This document shows, in pieces, positions 23,532 through 34,312 of a DNA stretch of 49,184 nt (within the stretch, counting starts at the first letter, position 1; each line of letters opens with the position of its first letter). The notes under the pieces were generated by a model. The model searched no databases. It was not told the origin of the DNA and was given only the letters and a program-made list of their open reading frames with translations. A program made the position numbers and the translations under genes. The stretch spans positions 1-49,184 of the forward strand of contig CAZHCJ010000004.1 of the NCBI GenBank assembly GCA_964530945.1, given 5' to 3'. The stretch comes from Candidatus Woesearchaeota archaeon (GTDB lineage Archaea; Nanobdellota; Nanobdellia; Pacearchaeales; GW2011-AR1).

Positions 23532-26417
23532 ATGGATTTGAAATCAATAGAAAAGGAAGTTTCTGTTTTTTGGAAGGAAAATAAAATTTATGAGAAACTC
23601 TTGTCTAGGAAAGGCAAAAGATATTCTCTTTTAGATGGGCCACCTTACGCTAATTTTATTCCTCATGTGGGTCACGTAAAGAACACTGTATTCAAGGATT
23701 TCATAATTAGGATGAACTTCATGAAAGGATTTAACGTATTGTTCCAACCCGGATTTGATACGCATGGATTACCTGTTGAAAATATGGTTGAAAAAAAGCT
23801 GGGTTTGAAAAGCAAAAAAGATATAGAAAGTTATGGAATTGAAAGGTTCATGAAAGATTGTAAGGAAAACGCTGCTTTAAACAAAGACTTATGGATGGAT
23901 GTTTACAAAAAAATAGGCTCAATGTATTCTCTTAAAGAACCTTACATAACTTATGAGAATTATTATATTGAATCTGCATGGTGGGCTTTCTCCCAAATGT
24001 ATGAAAAAAAGATGATTTACGAAGGAGAAAAACCTGTGATGTGGTGTCCTCATTGCGAAACTAGCTTAGCTGGATACGAGGTTACTGATAGTTATAAAGA
24101 TATGACTGACCCTGGGGTTTATGTCTTGTTCAAGTTAAAAAATTCAAAGGAATATCTTTTAATATATACCACTACGCCTTGGACACTCCCTTCTAATGTG
24201 GCTATTGCTGTAGCTCCGAAAGAAGATTACGTTAAAATTGAAACTCAAGGAAAGAAAATAATTCTTGGTAAGAAAAGACTTGAAAAACTTAAAGAGTTTG
24301 ATATTCATTACAAAATTCTAGAAACATTCAAAGGAAAAAAACTCGTTGGAAAAGTCTATGAACCCTTATGGGACACACCTCTCCAAAAAGAATTAAATGA
24401 AGGAAAACACGGAAAAGCACACATTGTCATTTCTTCAATACCTCTTTTGAAAGAAAGGGTTGCTTCCAAGATAAAAACTAAAAAAGAAGTTGGGAGCAAG
24501 GCCAAAGATGTTTTTGAAGAATTTGTAACCATGAATGAAGGTACAGGCTTAGTGCACACTGCACCAGGACATGGAAAAACAGATTACTTGGTGGGAAAAC
24601 ACCATGGACTGGCACATGTTTCACCTTTGAATGACCAATGTGAATTTGTTGAAGAGGCAGGATTCTCGGGATTTGTGAAAGACGCGGATAAAGATATTAT
24701 TGAAAATCTTGAGAAAGAAGATAAGCTATTTTATCAGGAACAAATAACACACAGCTATCCTTTATGTTGGAGATGTAAAAGCCCATTAATCTTCCGTCTG
24801 AGTAATCAGCTTTTCTTTAAGGTCAATAAAGTCAAACCAATAATGTTAAGAGAGCATAAAAAAGTTTCATGGTTTCCAGATTCTGCAGGAGACCATTTTG
24901 AGAACTGGATTTTGGGTGCTGAAGATTGGAATATTTCAAGACAAAGATATTGGGGAATCCCTATTCCATTATGGAAATGTGAGTGTGGTGAAGAAAAAGT
25001 TGTTCAAAGTAAAAAAGAATTGGAAAAGCTCTCAGAAAAGAAAATTTCTGATTTGCATTCCATAGAAAAAATAAAGATAAAATGTTCTAAATGTAAAAAA
25101 GATATGGAAAAAATTAAAGGAATTGTAGATGTTTGGTTCGATTCTGGAGTTGCCCCATGGGCAAGTCTTGGATATCCCTACAAAAACAGAGAACTCTTTG
25201 AGAAGAACTTCCCGGTTACGAGAATTAACGAAGCTCAAGACCAAATAAGAGGGTGGTTTTATTCCTTGATGTTCTGCGCAGCATCTGTTTTTGAAAAGAA
25301 GCCATATGAAGAAGTGAGTATGACAGGATGGGTTTTAGATAAGAAAGGACATAAAATGTCTAAATCAGTAGGAAATGTAATCACTGCTGAAAATGCATTA
25401 GAAGAACTGGGAGCAGATATTCTTAGGTATTATTTTTGTTGGGATGTGGCCCCTTCGGAAGTCCAAAAATTTAATTCGGATATTGCTAAAAAAGAAATCT
25501 GGAAAATTTTTAACACTCTCTGGAATTTGGAGAGGCTCTCTAAAAAAGGGCAGATTGATTTGAAAAACCTAGAAAGCAAATGGATTTTGTCGAGGCTAAA
25601 CAGTGTAATAAAAGATTTTGAAAAGAATATAAAAACGTTCGAGTTGCAGACTGCCACTAGAAACCTCTCCGATTTTATCTTGAATGATTTTTCAAGAAAC
25701 TACATTAAAATAAGCAGAGAAAATGAAGACCAAGGAGCGGTTGTTTCCAAATGTCTAGAAGAGGTTCTTAAATTACTTGCACCAATTTCTCCTTTCATAT
25801 CTGAAGGTATTTGGCAAAAATTAAAAGAAAAGAAAATCGTTAAAAAAGAAAGTGTTCATTTAGAATCTTGGCCAAAAACCGAAGAGAAGAAAATAGACAA
25901 AAAACTTGAAAAGCAAATGGATTTAACTTTCACATTAATTGAAATTGGGCTTAAAAAAAGAGACCAAGAAACAGAAGTAGGGTTGAGATGGCCGCTTGGA
26001 CATGCAGATATCACTACTAACTTTGATTTGAGAAGAGAACTTCTTGAAATAATTAAAGAACAATTGAACGTTAAAGAAATATCTTTTGACAAAGTTGCAA
26101 AATTAGATACTCCTAAAGTAGATTTAGATGCAAAACTCACACCCGAACTTGAAGCAGAAGGGTACGCTCGTGAAGTGTCGAGGAAGATTCAGGCTTTTAG
26201 AAAAAAGCTTGGGTTGCGCAAAGAGCAAAAAGTTGAAACATGGTTAGTTGTCGAGGGTGATTTCAAAAAAGTTCTTGAACAAAATAAGGAAATGATTGCC
26301 GAAAGAACTAACTCAAAGAAACTTGAGATTGTTACAACTGAGAAGGAAACATTTAAAAATAAAACTGACTTCAGAATAAAAGATAAAAGAGGGAGAATGG
26401 GGATTGTTGTTACGTAA
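23532..26417 (+). CDS. ileS: Isoleucine--tRNA ligase
   Basis: DGPPYAN, HVGH, TTTPWTLPSN, GTGLVHTAPGHG, WNISRQRYWG, DQIRGWFYS, KMSKS. Confidence 0.95.
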   Translation: MDLKSIEKEVSVFWKENKIYEKLLSRKGKRYSLLDGPPYANFIPHVGHVKNTVFKDFIIRMNFMKGFNVLFQPGFDTHGLPVENMVEKKLGLKSKKDIESYGIERFMKDCKENAALNKDLWMDVYKKIGSMYSLKEPYITYENYYIESAWWAFSQMYEKKMIYEGEKPVMWCPHCETSLAGYEVTDSYKDMTDPGVYVLFKLKNSKEYLLIYTTTPWTLPSNVAIAVAPKEDYVKIETQGKKIILGKKRLEKLKEFDIHYKILETFKGKKLVGKVYEPLWDTPLQKELNEGKHGKAHIVISSIPLLKERVASKIKTKKEVGSKAKDVFEEFVTMNEGTGLVHTAPGHGKTDYLVGKHHGLAHVSPLNDQCEFVEEAGFSGFVKDADKDIIENLEKEDKLFYQEQITHSYPLCWRCKSPLIFRLSNQLFFKVNKVKPIMLREHKKVSWFPDSAGDHFENWILGAEDWNISRQRYWGIPIPLWKCECGEEKVVQSKKELEKLSEKKISDLHSIEKIKIKCSKCKKDMEKIKGIVDVWFDSGVAPWASLGYPYKNRELFEKNFPVTRINEAQDQIRGWFYSLMFCAASVFEKKPYEEVSMTGWVLDKKGHKMSKSVGNVITAENALEELGADILRYYFCWDVAPSEVQKFNSDIAKKEIWKIFNTLWNLERLSKKGQIDLKNLESKWILSRLNSVIKDFEKNIKTFELQTATRNLSDFILNDFSRNYIKISRENEDQGAVVSKCLEEVLKLLAPISPFISEGIWQKLKEKKIVKKESVHLESWPKTEEKKIDKKLEKQMDLTFTLIEIGLKKRDQETEVGLRWPLGHADITTNFDLRRELLEIIKEQLNVKEISFDKVAKLDTPKVDLDAKLTPELEAEGYAREVSRKIQAFRKKLGLRKEQKVETWLVVEGDFKKVLEQNKEMIAERTNSKKLEIVTTEKETFKNKTDFRIKDKRGRMGIVVT

Positions 26418-26484
26418 TAATCCTTTTGTAAGGTTACTCTTTTACCATAATAAACTTTAAAAAGAAAACAACCCAAAAAATAAT

Positions 26485-27291
26485 ATGATAGTTAAGGAAG
26501 AGTTCCTAAGCAGACTTCGAAAGATTTTTGATTTAAATCTTTACGAAGTTAAAGTGTGGACCGCACTCTTGTCTCGTGGGACAAGCACGGCAGGAGAATT
26601 AAGTAATATTTCTGATGTTCCGAGAAGTAGGACGTACGACATCTTGGAAAGTTTAGAGAAGAAAGGTTTCATTATTATGAAACTTGGAAAACCAATAAAA
26701 TTTGTTGCCTTAAAACCAGAAGAGGTTGTTGAACGTGTTAAGCGTAATCAACTTAAGGATGCTAAAGACAGAGCTAAACGTTTAGAGAAATTAAAAGGCG
26801 ATGAAGTTCTTGAAGAATTAAACGAATTGTTCCATAAAGGAATTAAGTTTGTCGAACCTACCGAGCTCTCAGGAAGTTTGAAAGGACGGCAAAATCTATA
26901 CAACCATATGGATATGTTAATCAGAGAGGCAGAAGAGAGCATAGTTCTTGTTACAACGGAAGAAGGATTGAATAGAAAGATGGAAGCTTTATTACCAAGT
27001 TTTGAAAAAGCCAAAAAGCGTGGAGTGGATATTAGGATTGCTGCACCGATAAATAAGAATAATAAAGACGTAGCAAAAGATTTCAAAAAAGTTGCTAAGG
27101 TTAAGAAGCTCGAAAAGATTCGGGCAAGATTTATGATTATTGATAGTAACCAAGTTATGTTTATGTTGCTTGATGATGAAAAGTTCCATCCTAACTATGA
27201 TGTTGGGGTTTGGATTAACACGGAATTCTTTGCAAATGCTTTAGCACAATTGTTTGATTTTGTTTGGAATGATTTGAAAGTTGCTAGGTGA
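26485..27291 (+). CDS. TrmB-family transcriptional regulator
   Basis: YEVKVWTALL...VPRSRTYDILESLEKKG wHTH plus PLD-like effector domain. Confidence 0.9.
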   Translation: MIVKEEFLSRLRKIFDLNLYEVKVWTALLSRGTSTAGELSNISDVPRSRTYDILESLEKKGFIIMKLGKPIKFVALKPEEVVERVKRNQLKDAKDRAKRLEKLKGDEVLEELNELFHKGIKFVEPTELSGSLKGRQNLYNHMDMLIREAEESIVLVTTEEGLNRKMEALLPSFEKAKKRGVDIRIAAPINKNNKDVAKDFKKVAKVKKLEKIRARFMIIDSNQVMFMLLDDEKFHPNYDVGVWINTEFFANALAQLFDFVWNDLKVAR

Positions 27292-27301
27292 TTTTTAATC
27301 T

Positions 27302-27703
27302 TTAATCTAAAAAATCTTTTAACAGTTTATTAAAATAATATTTTCTTTTTTCAAATTTACTTCTAAAAACATGTTTTAAAGGACTCCCTTCAGAAGAATA
27401 TTCGTAATGCCCTCTAACTTCTCTATCCTTAAATAATCTTAAGTGGTACTGGAATTTTTTATCTTTTTTTCTCATGCTAAGAATTTCTCCTTCGTCTTTC
27501 CATGCAAGAATTGCATTTTCAAATCCTCTCTCTTTCAAACGAGTCTCAAAATCTTTTTTATTATATTTTGGTTTTAACTTACCTAACAAATAAGGTTGCC
27601 TTCCAGAATGAATCTTTAGTGATTCTAGAAATCTTAAAATAGGAGGATATATTTTGTAGACAATCTTCCATCCATTAAATTTCATAGAATAATTATTCCA
27701 CAC
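27302..27703 (-). CDS. Hypothetical protein
   Basis: 133 aa; QYHLRLF...GHYE..E..PLKH conserved-looking pattern. Confidence 0.65.
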   Translation of the reverse strand: MWNNYSMKFNGWKIVYKIYPPILRFLESLKIHSGRQPYLLGKLKPKYNKKDFETRLKERGFENAILAWKDEGEILSMRKKDKKFQYHLRLFKDREVRGHYEYSSEGSPLKHVFRSKFEKRKYYFNKLLKDFLD

Positions 27704-27790
27704 ATATTTAAAACTTTTACGTAACTCTTAACATCGAAGGGAAAGAAAATAAAATTATAGAAAAAAATAAAAAATAAAATTAAAGCAGGC

Positions 27791-27985
27791 TTATTGCTTT
27801 AGTATTGCCATTACGGCGCTGATAATAGTTGTGATAATTACAACCCATCCGGCAATCTCATTAACAATACCTACATACGGTACGCTAAGTGTTCCACCAA
27901 TTAAAGCGAAACCAACTGCTAAGGATACAATCACACCGGTTAACCAAGCAACAAAGTTCAATACTTTACCATTTCCTTTTGCCAT
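27791..27985 (-). CDS. Small two-TM membrane protein
   Basis: GGAGGT RBS; two hydrophobic helices. Confidence 0.75.
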   Translation of the reverse strand: MAKGNGKVLNFVAWLTGVIVSLAVGFALIGGTLSVPYVGIVNEIAGWVVIITTIISAVMAILKQ

Positions 27986-28095
27986 CTTAAACCTCCTTTT
28001 TTTAATTTAATTATTTAATTCCTCTAATATAAAAGATACAAAACCTGTTTAAATAAGTTTTGATTTTAAAAATAAAATAAAAAGTTAAAAATAAA

Positions 28096-28569
28096 TTATT
28101 TCTTCTTTTTTCTAGTTTTTCTCTTACCTGTTTTTTTCTTTGAAGATTTTTTCTTGGTCGTCTTTCTCTTAGTTTTCTTTCGTGCCTTTGTGGCTTTCTT
28201 CTTTTTGGACTTTTTCTTTCTAGTCCCCTCTCCGCCACTTATTCCGGAAAGAGTTGCTCTATAACCAATAGGTTTTTGATTTGCAGTCAGCTTTGTAGCA
28301 TTGTCTGCAGCTTTCCTCGCGCGAGAAATATTCATTCTTATTTCTTTATTTAACCTTTTTAGCTCTTTGTTTGTCTTTTTTACAGATGCTGCTAAAGTGC
28401 GTTCAGAAATCTTTCCAAAGAAAAATCTTTTACAGGTTTGATCAAACTCGTCAAGAAGACCTTCTTTCTCTTCTTGCCTTGCTCTAATAAGTTCGCCAGC
28501 GACGTTTAAGCTTTTTAGATGCTTTGCAAAAAGAGATTCGTTCATCTTTTTGATCTTAACCATGTTCAC
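28096..28569 (-). CDS. Basic coiled-coil protein with Lys-rich tail
   Basis: GAGGTG RBS; ~35-aa K/R/T/S tail. Confidence 0.75.
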   Translation of the reverse strand: MNMVKIKKMNESLFAKHLKSLNVAGELIRARQEEKEGLLDEFDQTCKRFFFGKISERTLAASVKKTNKELKRLNKEIRMNISRARKAADNATKLTANQKPIGYRATLSGISGGEGTRKKKSKKKKATKARKKTKRKTTKKKSSKKKTGKRKTRKKKK

Positions 28570-28614
28570 CTCATTATTTAATTGATGTTTAAAAGGAAAC
28601 GCCGTTTAAAAAAT

Positions 28615-30315
28615 CTACATTTTTTCAATAGTTTCTATTCCTAGAAGTCCGAGAGCATTTCTAAGAACTTGACGGAAACATTCGACTAATGCTAAACGAA
28701 ACATTTCTTCTTTAGAACCAACGACCTTGCAGCTATGATAGAACTCATTAAATATTTGTGAAAGGTCATAAGCATAGTTTGCAATTTCAGAAGGATTGAG
28801 TTTGTGCCCTGCCTGTTCAACGACTTTTGGAAATTCAGAAAGTTTCTTGACCAACTTTATTTCGCTATCGTGCATTTCATCAATTTCGTATTTTTCGTTT
28901 TTTTTCGACTTTTTTGTTATGGAAGTTGCACGAGCATAGCTATATAATAAATACGGACCGGTGTTCCCTTCGAATGAAATTGATTCTTTTGGATTAAAAA
29001 GCATGTCTTTGTCTTTGTCTACTTTAAGCAACATGTATTTTATTGCTGCTAGGGCAATTTTCAAACTTCTTTCCTGCATTTCTTCTTTAGAAAGTTTTTC
29101 TCGTTTCTTTAATTCTTTTTCTGCTAAAACTCTTACTTTTTCAATTATATCATCTGCGTCAACCACTGTTCCTTCACGGCTTTTCATTCTTCCTTCAGGT
29201 AAATTAACCATTCCGTAAGAAATGTGTTTCATATCTTTTTTTTCAAAACCCAACTTATTAAGCATTGAAAACAAAACTTTGAAATGATATCTTTGTTCAT
29301 TTCCTACAACATACAATGAACGGTCTATTTTGTAATCTTTGAACTTTTGTTCGGCCAGAGCTAAATCAAAAACGATGTAAATTGAAGTCCCGTCTTTTCT
29401 TAACAAAACTTTCTCTCCTAAACCTTCTTTCTTTAAATTTATTTTCACTTCGCCTTCTTTTCCTAATTGAAAAACTCCGTCTTCCAAGCCAATTTGAACT
29501 ATTTCTTTTCCTTTTTCATAGAGTTTGCTTTCAAAATAATCTTTATCATGTTTTATTCCGAATGTATCAAATGTTTCTTCGAATCCTTCGATTGCCCAGT
29601 TGTTCATCAGCTTCCATAACATAAGTGTCTTTTTGTCCCCGTTTTCCCAATCTTTCAACATATCTTGAGCTTCTCTTTCTAGTTTCTTTGTTCTCTTTTT
29701 CTCAAACATTACATAAAAATCTCCGACAAAATGGTCTGATTTAAGTTTTTTGTCTTTCGGACGCCTTTCTTTGCCCCATTTCTTATAAGCTAACATTGAT
29801 TTACAAATATGCAACCCTCTGTCATTGTAAAGATTTGCCCGTGTGACCTTTTCTCCATTGAATTCTAAAATCTTAGAAATGCTTTCTCCAATGGCCATAT
29901 TTCTTAAATGGCCTAAATGCAAGGGTTTATTTGTATTTGGACTTGGAAATTCAACCATCGTTTTTACCTTTTTCTTCTTAGAACTTCCGTAACTCTTCCT
30001 TTGATTTAAAACATCCCAGATTACTTCTCTAGCAAGGCTTGAACGATTCACAAAGAAATTAATATATGGACCCTTTACCTGAATATCTTCAAAATCCGTT
30101 TCAGCAGGATTGCCTATCTTTTGGCGTATCTCTATCGCAGCTTGATGAGGGTTTACAACTTTTAGAGGTTCAACAAAAGCATAGGAAGGGAAAGCAAAAT
30201 CACCTAACTCATGGCTTGGAGGAGTTTCTAACATGTCTCCTATTTTTTCTTTCTTAATCTTAACTCCTGCTTCTTTCAAGGCCTTATGTAGTGTCTTGAC
30301 AACGCTCTTTTTCAT
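28615..30315 (-). CDS. argS: Arginine--tRNA ligase
   Basis: EFPSPNTNKPLHLGHLRN, YVVGNEQ..HF, MKSREG, FEGNTGPYLLYSYAR, FYHSC. Confidence 0.97.
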   Translation of the reverse strand: MKKSVVKTLHKALKEAGVKIKKEKIGDMLETPPSHELGDFAFPSYAFVEPLKVVNPHQAAIEIRQKIGNPAETDFEDIQVKGPYINFFVNRSSLAREVIWDVLNQRKSYGSSKKKKVKTMVEFPSPNTNKPLHLGHLRNMAIGESISKILEFNGEKVTRANLYNDRGLHICKSMLAYKKWGKERRPKDKKLKSDHFVGDFYVMFEKKRTKKLEREAQDMLKDWENGDKKTLMLWKLMNNWAIEGFEETFDTFGIKHDKDYFESKLYEKGKEIVQIGLEDGVFQLGKEGEVKINLKKEGLGEKVLLRKDGTSIYIVFDLALAEQKFKDYKIDRSLYVVGNEQRYHFKVLFSMLNKLGFEKKDMKHISYGMVNLPEGRMKSREGTVVDADDIIEKVRVLAEKELKKREKLSKEEMQERSLKIALAAIKYMLLKVDKDKDMLFNPKESISFEGNTGPYLLYSYARATSITKKSKKNEKYEIDEMHDSEIKLVKKLSEFPKVVEQAGHKLNPSEIANYAYDLSQIFNEFYHSCKVVGSKEEMFRLALVECFRQVLRNALGLLGIETIEKM

Positions 30316-30409
30316 TATTCAAAAAAGTTAATGTAGTTAATAAAGATTTTGAAAACATATTATTGTTTATTAGGATAATATTAATAAACACTCTAAATAA
30401 AATTCTTTT

Positions 30410-30820
30410 ATGGCTCAAAAAAGCGAACCATTATATATTGAAGAAAAAGAAAGAGATATTTCTATTTTTATTCGGAGTGATTTGGTCAAAAAAGCTTTAA
30501 AAACTGAACTGACAAGAGAGATGCGAAGGGAACTTAGTTCTAAAGGAACAGAATTATTGGAAGAGATAGATCCAGAAATGTTTTGGAAAATTCCTTATGT
30601 TTTTCATGAAAAAGGATTGAGGGATACCCTTTTAGTTGACATTGCAAGAATTGGAATAAGCAGCACATCTGGAACAATTGGGGTGTATAGAAAAACAGAG
30701 GATTTTGAAGAAGAATATATCCAATACGATTCACAAGGATTATATGCTGGACGTTTTAATCAAAAAGAGGGTTTAGTGAAATTGATGAAATTTTGGGTTT
30801 CTTTCATCGAAGATTTATAA
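30410..30820 (+). CDS. Hypothetical protein
   Basis: 136-aa ATG ORF. Confidence 0.6.
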   Translation: MAQKSEPLYIEEKERDISIFIRSDLVKKALKTELTREMRRELSSKGTELLEEIDPEMFWKIPYVFHEKGLRDTLLVDIARIGISSTSGTIGVYRKTEDFEEEYIQYDSQGLYAGRFNQKEGLVKLMKFWVSFIEDL

Positions 30821-30860
30821 TCAACAAGTTTTTTAAGCACTTCAACGTTTAGTTTTTTAA

Positions 30861-30946
30861 GCGGGGGTGCCGGAGTCCGGTCAAACGGGCAGGACTTAAG
30901 ATCCTGTGGCTTAGTGCCTACGCAGGTTCGAATCCTGTCCCCCGCA
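30861..30946 (+). tRNA. tRNA-Leu(TAA)
   Basis: GCGGGGG/CCCCCGC acceptor stem, CAGGA-CTTAAGA-TCCTG anticodon arm, long variable arm, GTTCGAATC. Confidence 0.96.
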
Positions 30947-31150
30947 TAAAGATTATTAAGTTTTCAGGATGATTGAGTAAAAAATTTAGGGCAAAACTTT
31001 TTGGAACAAGAGCAAAAAGTAGGAAAGCAAAGTATTGAAAATGAATCTCAAGATTCTTAATTTTTATGGACGCTTTTCTATGACTGTTATTATTTTGTAA
31101 TTAATACATCACCATAATCTTTATAAATCCCAGAATTCTGTTTTTGTTAG

Positions 31151-33373
31151 GTGATGGAAGAGAATCGCCTCAAGATTCTGAAATCAAAAATGGTCAAACA
31201 GAAAACACTCAAGAAAGGTATTTTGCCTATATTTTTAATCGCAGGTTTTTTGTTAATTATAATTGCGACGAGTATTGGTGCTGGGGCTTCCAATGATGCG
31301 CCAGTAATAAAGCCTGTTGAAGATGCTCAAAAGATAAATGAGAGAGAATATTATAGATATGATGTTAATGCTTATGGAAAAAATATTGTTTGGAGTTTGG
31401 TAGGTGATACTCCTAATTGGCTTGTAATAAACTCCACATATGGAGTCGTTTCTGGGGTTGCCCCTGGAGTTGGCGGGCATTCAAGCAAGTATGTTACGGT
31501 TAAAGCTGAAAATAAATATGGGTATGATATTGTAACATATAGATTAGTAATAAGAAACCTTCCTGAATGTAGCGACAATTTTGATAATGATGGGGATGGA
31601 TTAACTGATATGGACGATCCGGGATGTAAAAATCCTGAAGACAATAATGAAAATGCCCGATGCAGTGATGGATGGGATAATGATGGGGATGGATTAACTG
31701 ATATGGACGATCCGGGATGTAGTGGACCTGGAGATGATCATGAGGATACAGACAGGCAAATTGAAGAACCGTCTCCAGAAGGAAAGTTCACAATAAAAGC
31801 TACAAAAATTGTTTGTGAAGATGAAAGTGATTTGCCTGACTGGAGTTACAACTCTGTAGATATTGATGCAAGCACTGCAACAAACTATGTTTCTCAAAAC
31901 CCAGGTTGTCATCTTCAAACTAATTGGGAGTTTCAATGGGATATTGACCCTGTGATTTCTACAGATGAAGAAGGTTATCTTCCCGGCTGGGAAACTTTTG
32001 GACCAACAAATGCTCAAGGTGTTGCCAGTGTGGAAATAAATTTAACCGAATTGGATGGAGCTGAACAAAATAGAGTTTGGGTTAGGGAAGTGTTTCCTGA
32101 GGGTTATTTAGAATTTAGTGGCTATAATTCTTTAGATGACGTATCGGCTGAGATGTATTGTCACACAGACGTCCAAGAATACGACAACGCAGATTATGTT
32201 GAAAATCCTGAACAGGGCGAAACGTATTATTGTGTTGCATTTAATGTGGAATTAGAAGAGCCTCCTGTCGAAGAAAACAATCCTCCTGTGATTACATCTA
32301 GTCCGATAACTCAGGTTGATGAAAATACTCAATATGATTATGGTGTTAATGCTAATGATGCAGATGGAGATACATTGACATACAGCTTATTGCAAAAACC
32401 TAGCTGGTTGAGTATAGATTCAAATACTGGTTTGATTACCGGGACAACTCCAAGTGTTAATTCAGATACAGATTATACTGTTAAAGTCAAAGTTGTTGAT
32501 GGCGAAGGAGGAGAAGATACTCAAACATACATCTTAACTGTGAAAAATGTTGAAGAGCCTCCAGTGAATAACAATCCTGAGATTGTTTCAAGTCCTGTAA
32601 AGAATGTTTATGAAAATCAAATATATTCTTATGATGTTAATGCTAATGATGCAGATGGAGATACATTGACATACAGCTTATTGCAAAAACCTAGCTGGTT
32701 GAGTATAGATTCAAATACTGGTTTGATTACTGGGACAACTCCAGAAGTGGTGTCGAACACAAATTACACTATTCAATCAAAAGTTACAGATGGGAATGGT
32801 GGAGAAGATACTCAAACATACATCTTAACTGTGAAAAATGTTGAAGAGCAAGAAAACAATCCTCCTGTTATAACCTCCACGCCTTCTACAGTCGTGGATG
32901 AAGGAGACCTCTACACATATCAAGTTTTTGCAAACGACCCCGACAATGACACTCTCACCTATTTGCTGACAGAAGCCCCTGGATGGTTAACAATAAACTC
33001 AAACACAGGGCATGTTTCAGGGAATGCTCCAAAGGTTAGCTCCGAAGTGGATTTTAATGTTACAATAAAAGTAAGCGATGGGCAAGGAGGAAGCGATACT
33101 CAAAGTTATGTTTTGACCGTAGATAATGAAAACAAAGATGACGATGATGACGATGATGACGATAAAGATGAGAAAAATTTCAAGTATCTAAAGTACTTTG
33201 ATTCCGAAAAGACAACTGAAAAAACATTCGATTACAGACCAACAGGAAAACTTGTTTTGGGAACACCTATTTTAGCAGATGAAGATTGTGGTTGGTTGTG
33301 TTGGCTTGCTTGGATATTATTCATCATTATGATTTTACTGCTAATTGCAGTGGTAGTATCTCTTGTCAGATAA
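31151..33373 (+). CDS. Cell-surface protein with cadherin-like/He_PIG Ig repeats and DNDGDG Ca-binding repeats
   Basis: Signal/TM, four P.WL.I....G..G..P repeats, two CSD..DNDGDGLTDMDDPGC units, C-terminal TM; start uncertain. Confidence 0.85.
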   Translation: MMEENRLKILKSKMVKQKTLKKGILPIFLIAGFLLIIIATSIGAGASNDAPVIKPVEDAQKINEREYYRYDVNAYGKNIVWSLVGDTPNWLVINSTYGVVSGVAPGVGGHSSKYVTVKAENKYGYDIVTYRLVIRNLPECSDNFDNDGDGLTDMDDPGCKNPEDNNENARCSDGWDNDGDGLTDMDDPGCSGPGDDHEDTDRQIEEPSPEGKFTIKATKIVCEDESDLPDWSYNSVDIDASTATNYVSQNPGCHLQTNWEFQWDIDPVISTDEEGYLPGWETFGPTNAQGVASVEINLTELDGAEQNRVWVREVFPEGYLEFSGYNSLDDVSAEMYCHTDVQEYDNADYVENPEQGETYYCVAFNVELEEPPVEENNPPVITSSPITQVDENTQYDYGVNANDADGDTLTYSLLQKPSWLSIDSNTGLITGTTPSVNSDTDYTVKVKVVDGEGGEDTQTYILTVKNVEEPPVNNNPEIVSSPVKNVYENQIYSYDVNANDADGDTLTYSLLQKPSWLSIDSNTGLITGTTPEVVSNTNYTIQSKVTDGNGGEDTQTYILTVKNVEEQENNPPVITSTPSTVVDEGDLYTYQVFANDPDNDTLTYLLTEAPGWLTINSNTGHVSGNAPKVSSEVDFNVTIKVSDGQGGSDTQSYVLTVDNENKDDDDDDDDDKDEKNFKYLKYFDSEKTTEKTFDYRPTGKLVLGTPILADEDCGWLCWLAWILFIIMILLLIAVVVSLVR
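31583..31721 (+). repeat. Intragenic 46-bp identical repeat
   Basis: 31583-31628 equals 31676-31721. Confidence 0.9.
32344..32730 (+). repeat. Intragenic 96-bp identical repeat (291-bp period)
   Basis: 32344-32439 equals 32635-32730. Confidence 0.9.
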
Positions 33374-33403
33374 AAATAAATACTTATTTCTTGTTTTAAT
33401 TTA

Positions 33404-34120
33404 ATGAACAAGAAACAAAGCCTTGTTATCTTACTTGCATTAATTCTTGCTTTATTCATCCTTAATTATCCTCACTTAGATGAAAAATTTGAAAGTTTTT
33501 TGAACTCTGCGCAAACTCAAGAAGTATTCATCGAAAGAGTCATAGACGGCGACACAGTGGTTTCTGATGGCACTAGCATACGTTTGTTAGGGATTAATAC
33601 TCCCGAACGTGGAGAAAGGCTGTATGAGGAAGCAAAAGCTTTTCTCGAACAAGAGATTCTAAACGAAACGGTAACTCTCAAATTTACAAATGAGAAAACC
33701 GACAAATACGGGAGAACTTTGGCATATATTTTCCATCAAAACAAAAATGTCAACGTTGAACTCGTTTTGAATGGCTTCGCAAATCCTTATTTTTATTCTG
33801 GGAAAGATATTTATTCCGAAGAAATTATTGAAGCTTGGACTAGTTGTTTGGAGAACAACAAGCGCTTATGCGAGCGCTCAACAAACGTTTGTGCATCTTG
33901 CGTTACACTAACTAGAAATACTATTATCAATAACTGCAACACTTCTTGCAACATTACTGGCTGGATTTTGAAGGAGGAAGGACGTGACAAAATAGTTTTG
34001 AATGAAAGTTCTCTTTTATCTGGAGAGGTAATAGATTTCAATTTGGATTTAAAAAACTCTGAAGGAAATCTTTTCTTAAGAGGCGACGACGAACTGCTAA
34101 TTTCATCATTAGGGTACTGA
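33404..34120 (+). CDS. Secreted thermonuclease (SNase) family protein
   Basis: VIDGDT, IRLLGINTPE, DKYGRTLAY, LV..GFA; N-terminal TM. Confidence 0.92.
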   Translation: MNKKQSLVILLALILALFILNYPHLDEKFESFLNSAQTQEVFIERVIDGDTVVSDGTSIRLLGINTPERGERLYEEAKAFLEQEILNETVTLKFTNEKTDKYGRTLAYIFHQNKNVNVELVLNGFANPYFYSGKDIYSEEIIEAWTSCLENNKRLCERSTNVCASCVTLTRNTIINNCNTSCNITGWILKEEGRDKIVLNESSLLSGEVIDFNLDLKNSEGNLFLRGDDELLISSLGY

Positions 34121-34161
34121 AAAAAAGTAATGACAAAAACTATTATCTCGACGACAATAAT
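34120..34161 (+). repeat. 42-bp direct repeat, copy 1
   Basis: AAAAAAAGTAATGACAAAAACTATTATCTCGACGACAATAAT, identical to 36017-36058. Confidence 0.93.
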
Positions 34162-34312
34162 ACTTTTAAAGAAGTCCTTGTTAATTTTATCATGGTGACA
34201 AAAAGAGGACCCAAAGAGGTTCGATACCAAGAATTCTTAGAATCGCAAGTAGAAAGTTTCGCAGTCATTTCAATGACATATAGAGTTGAAAGGAGGTTAA
34301 ATTAAAAAGAAT

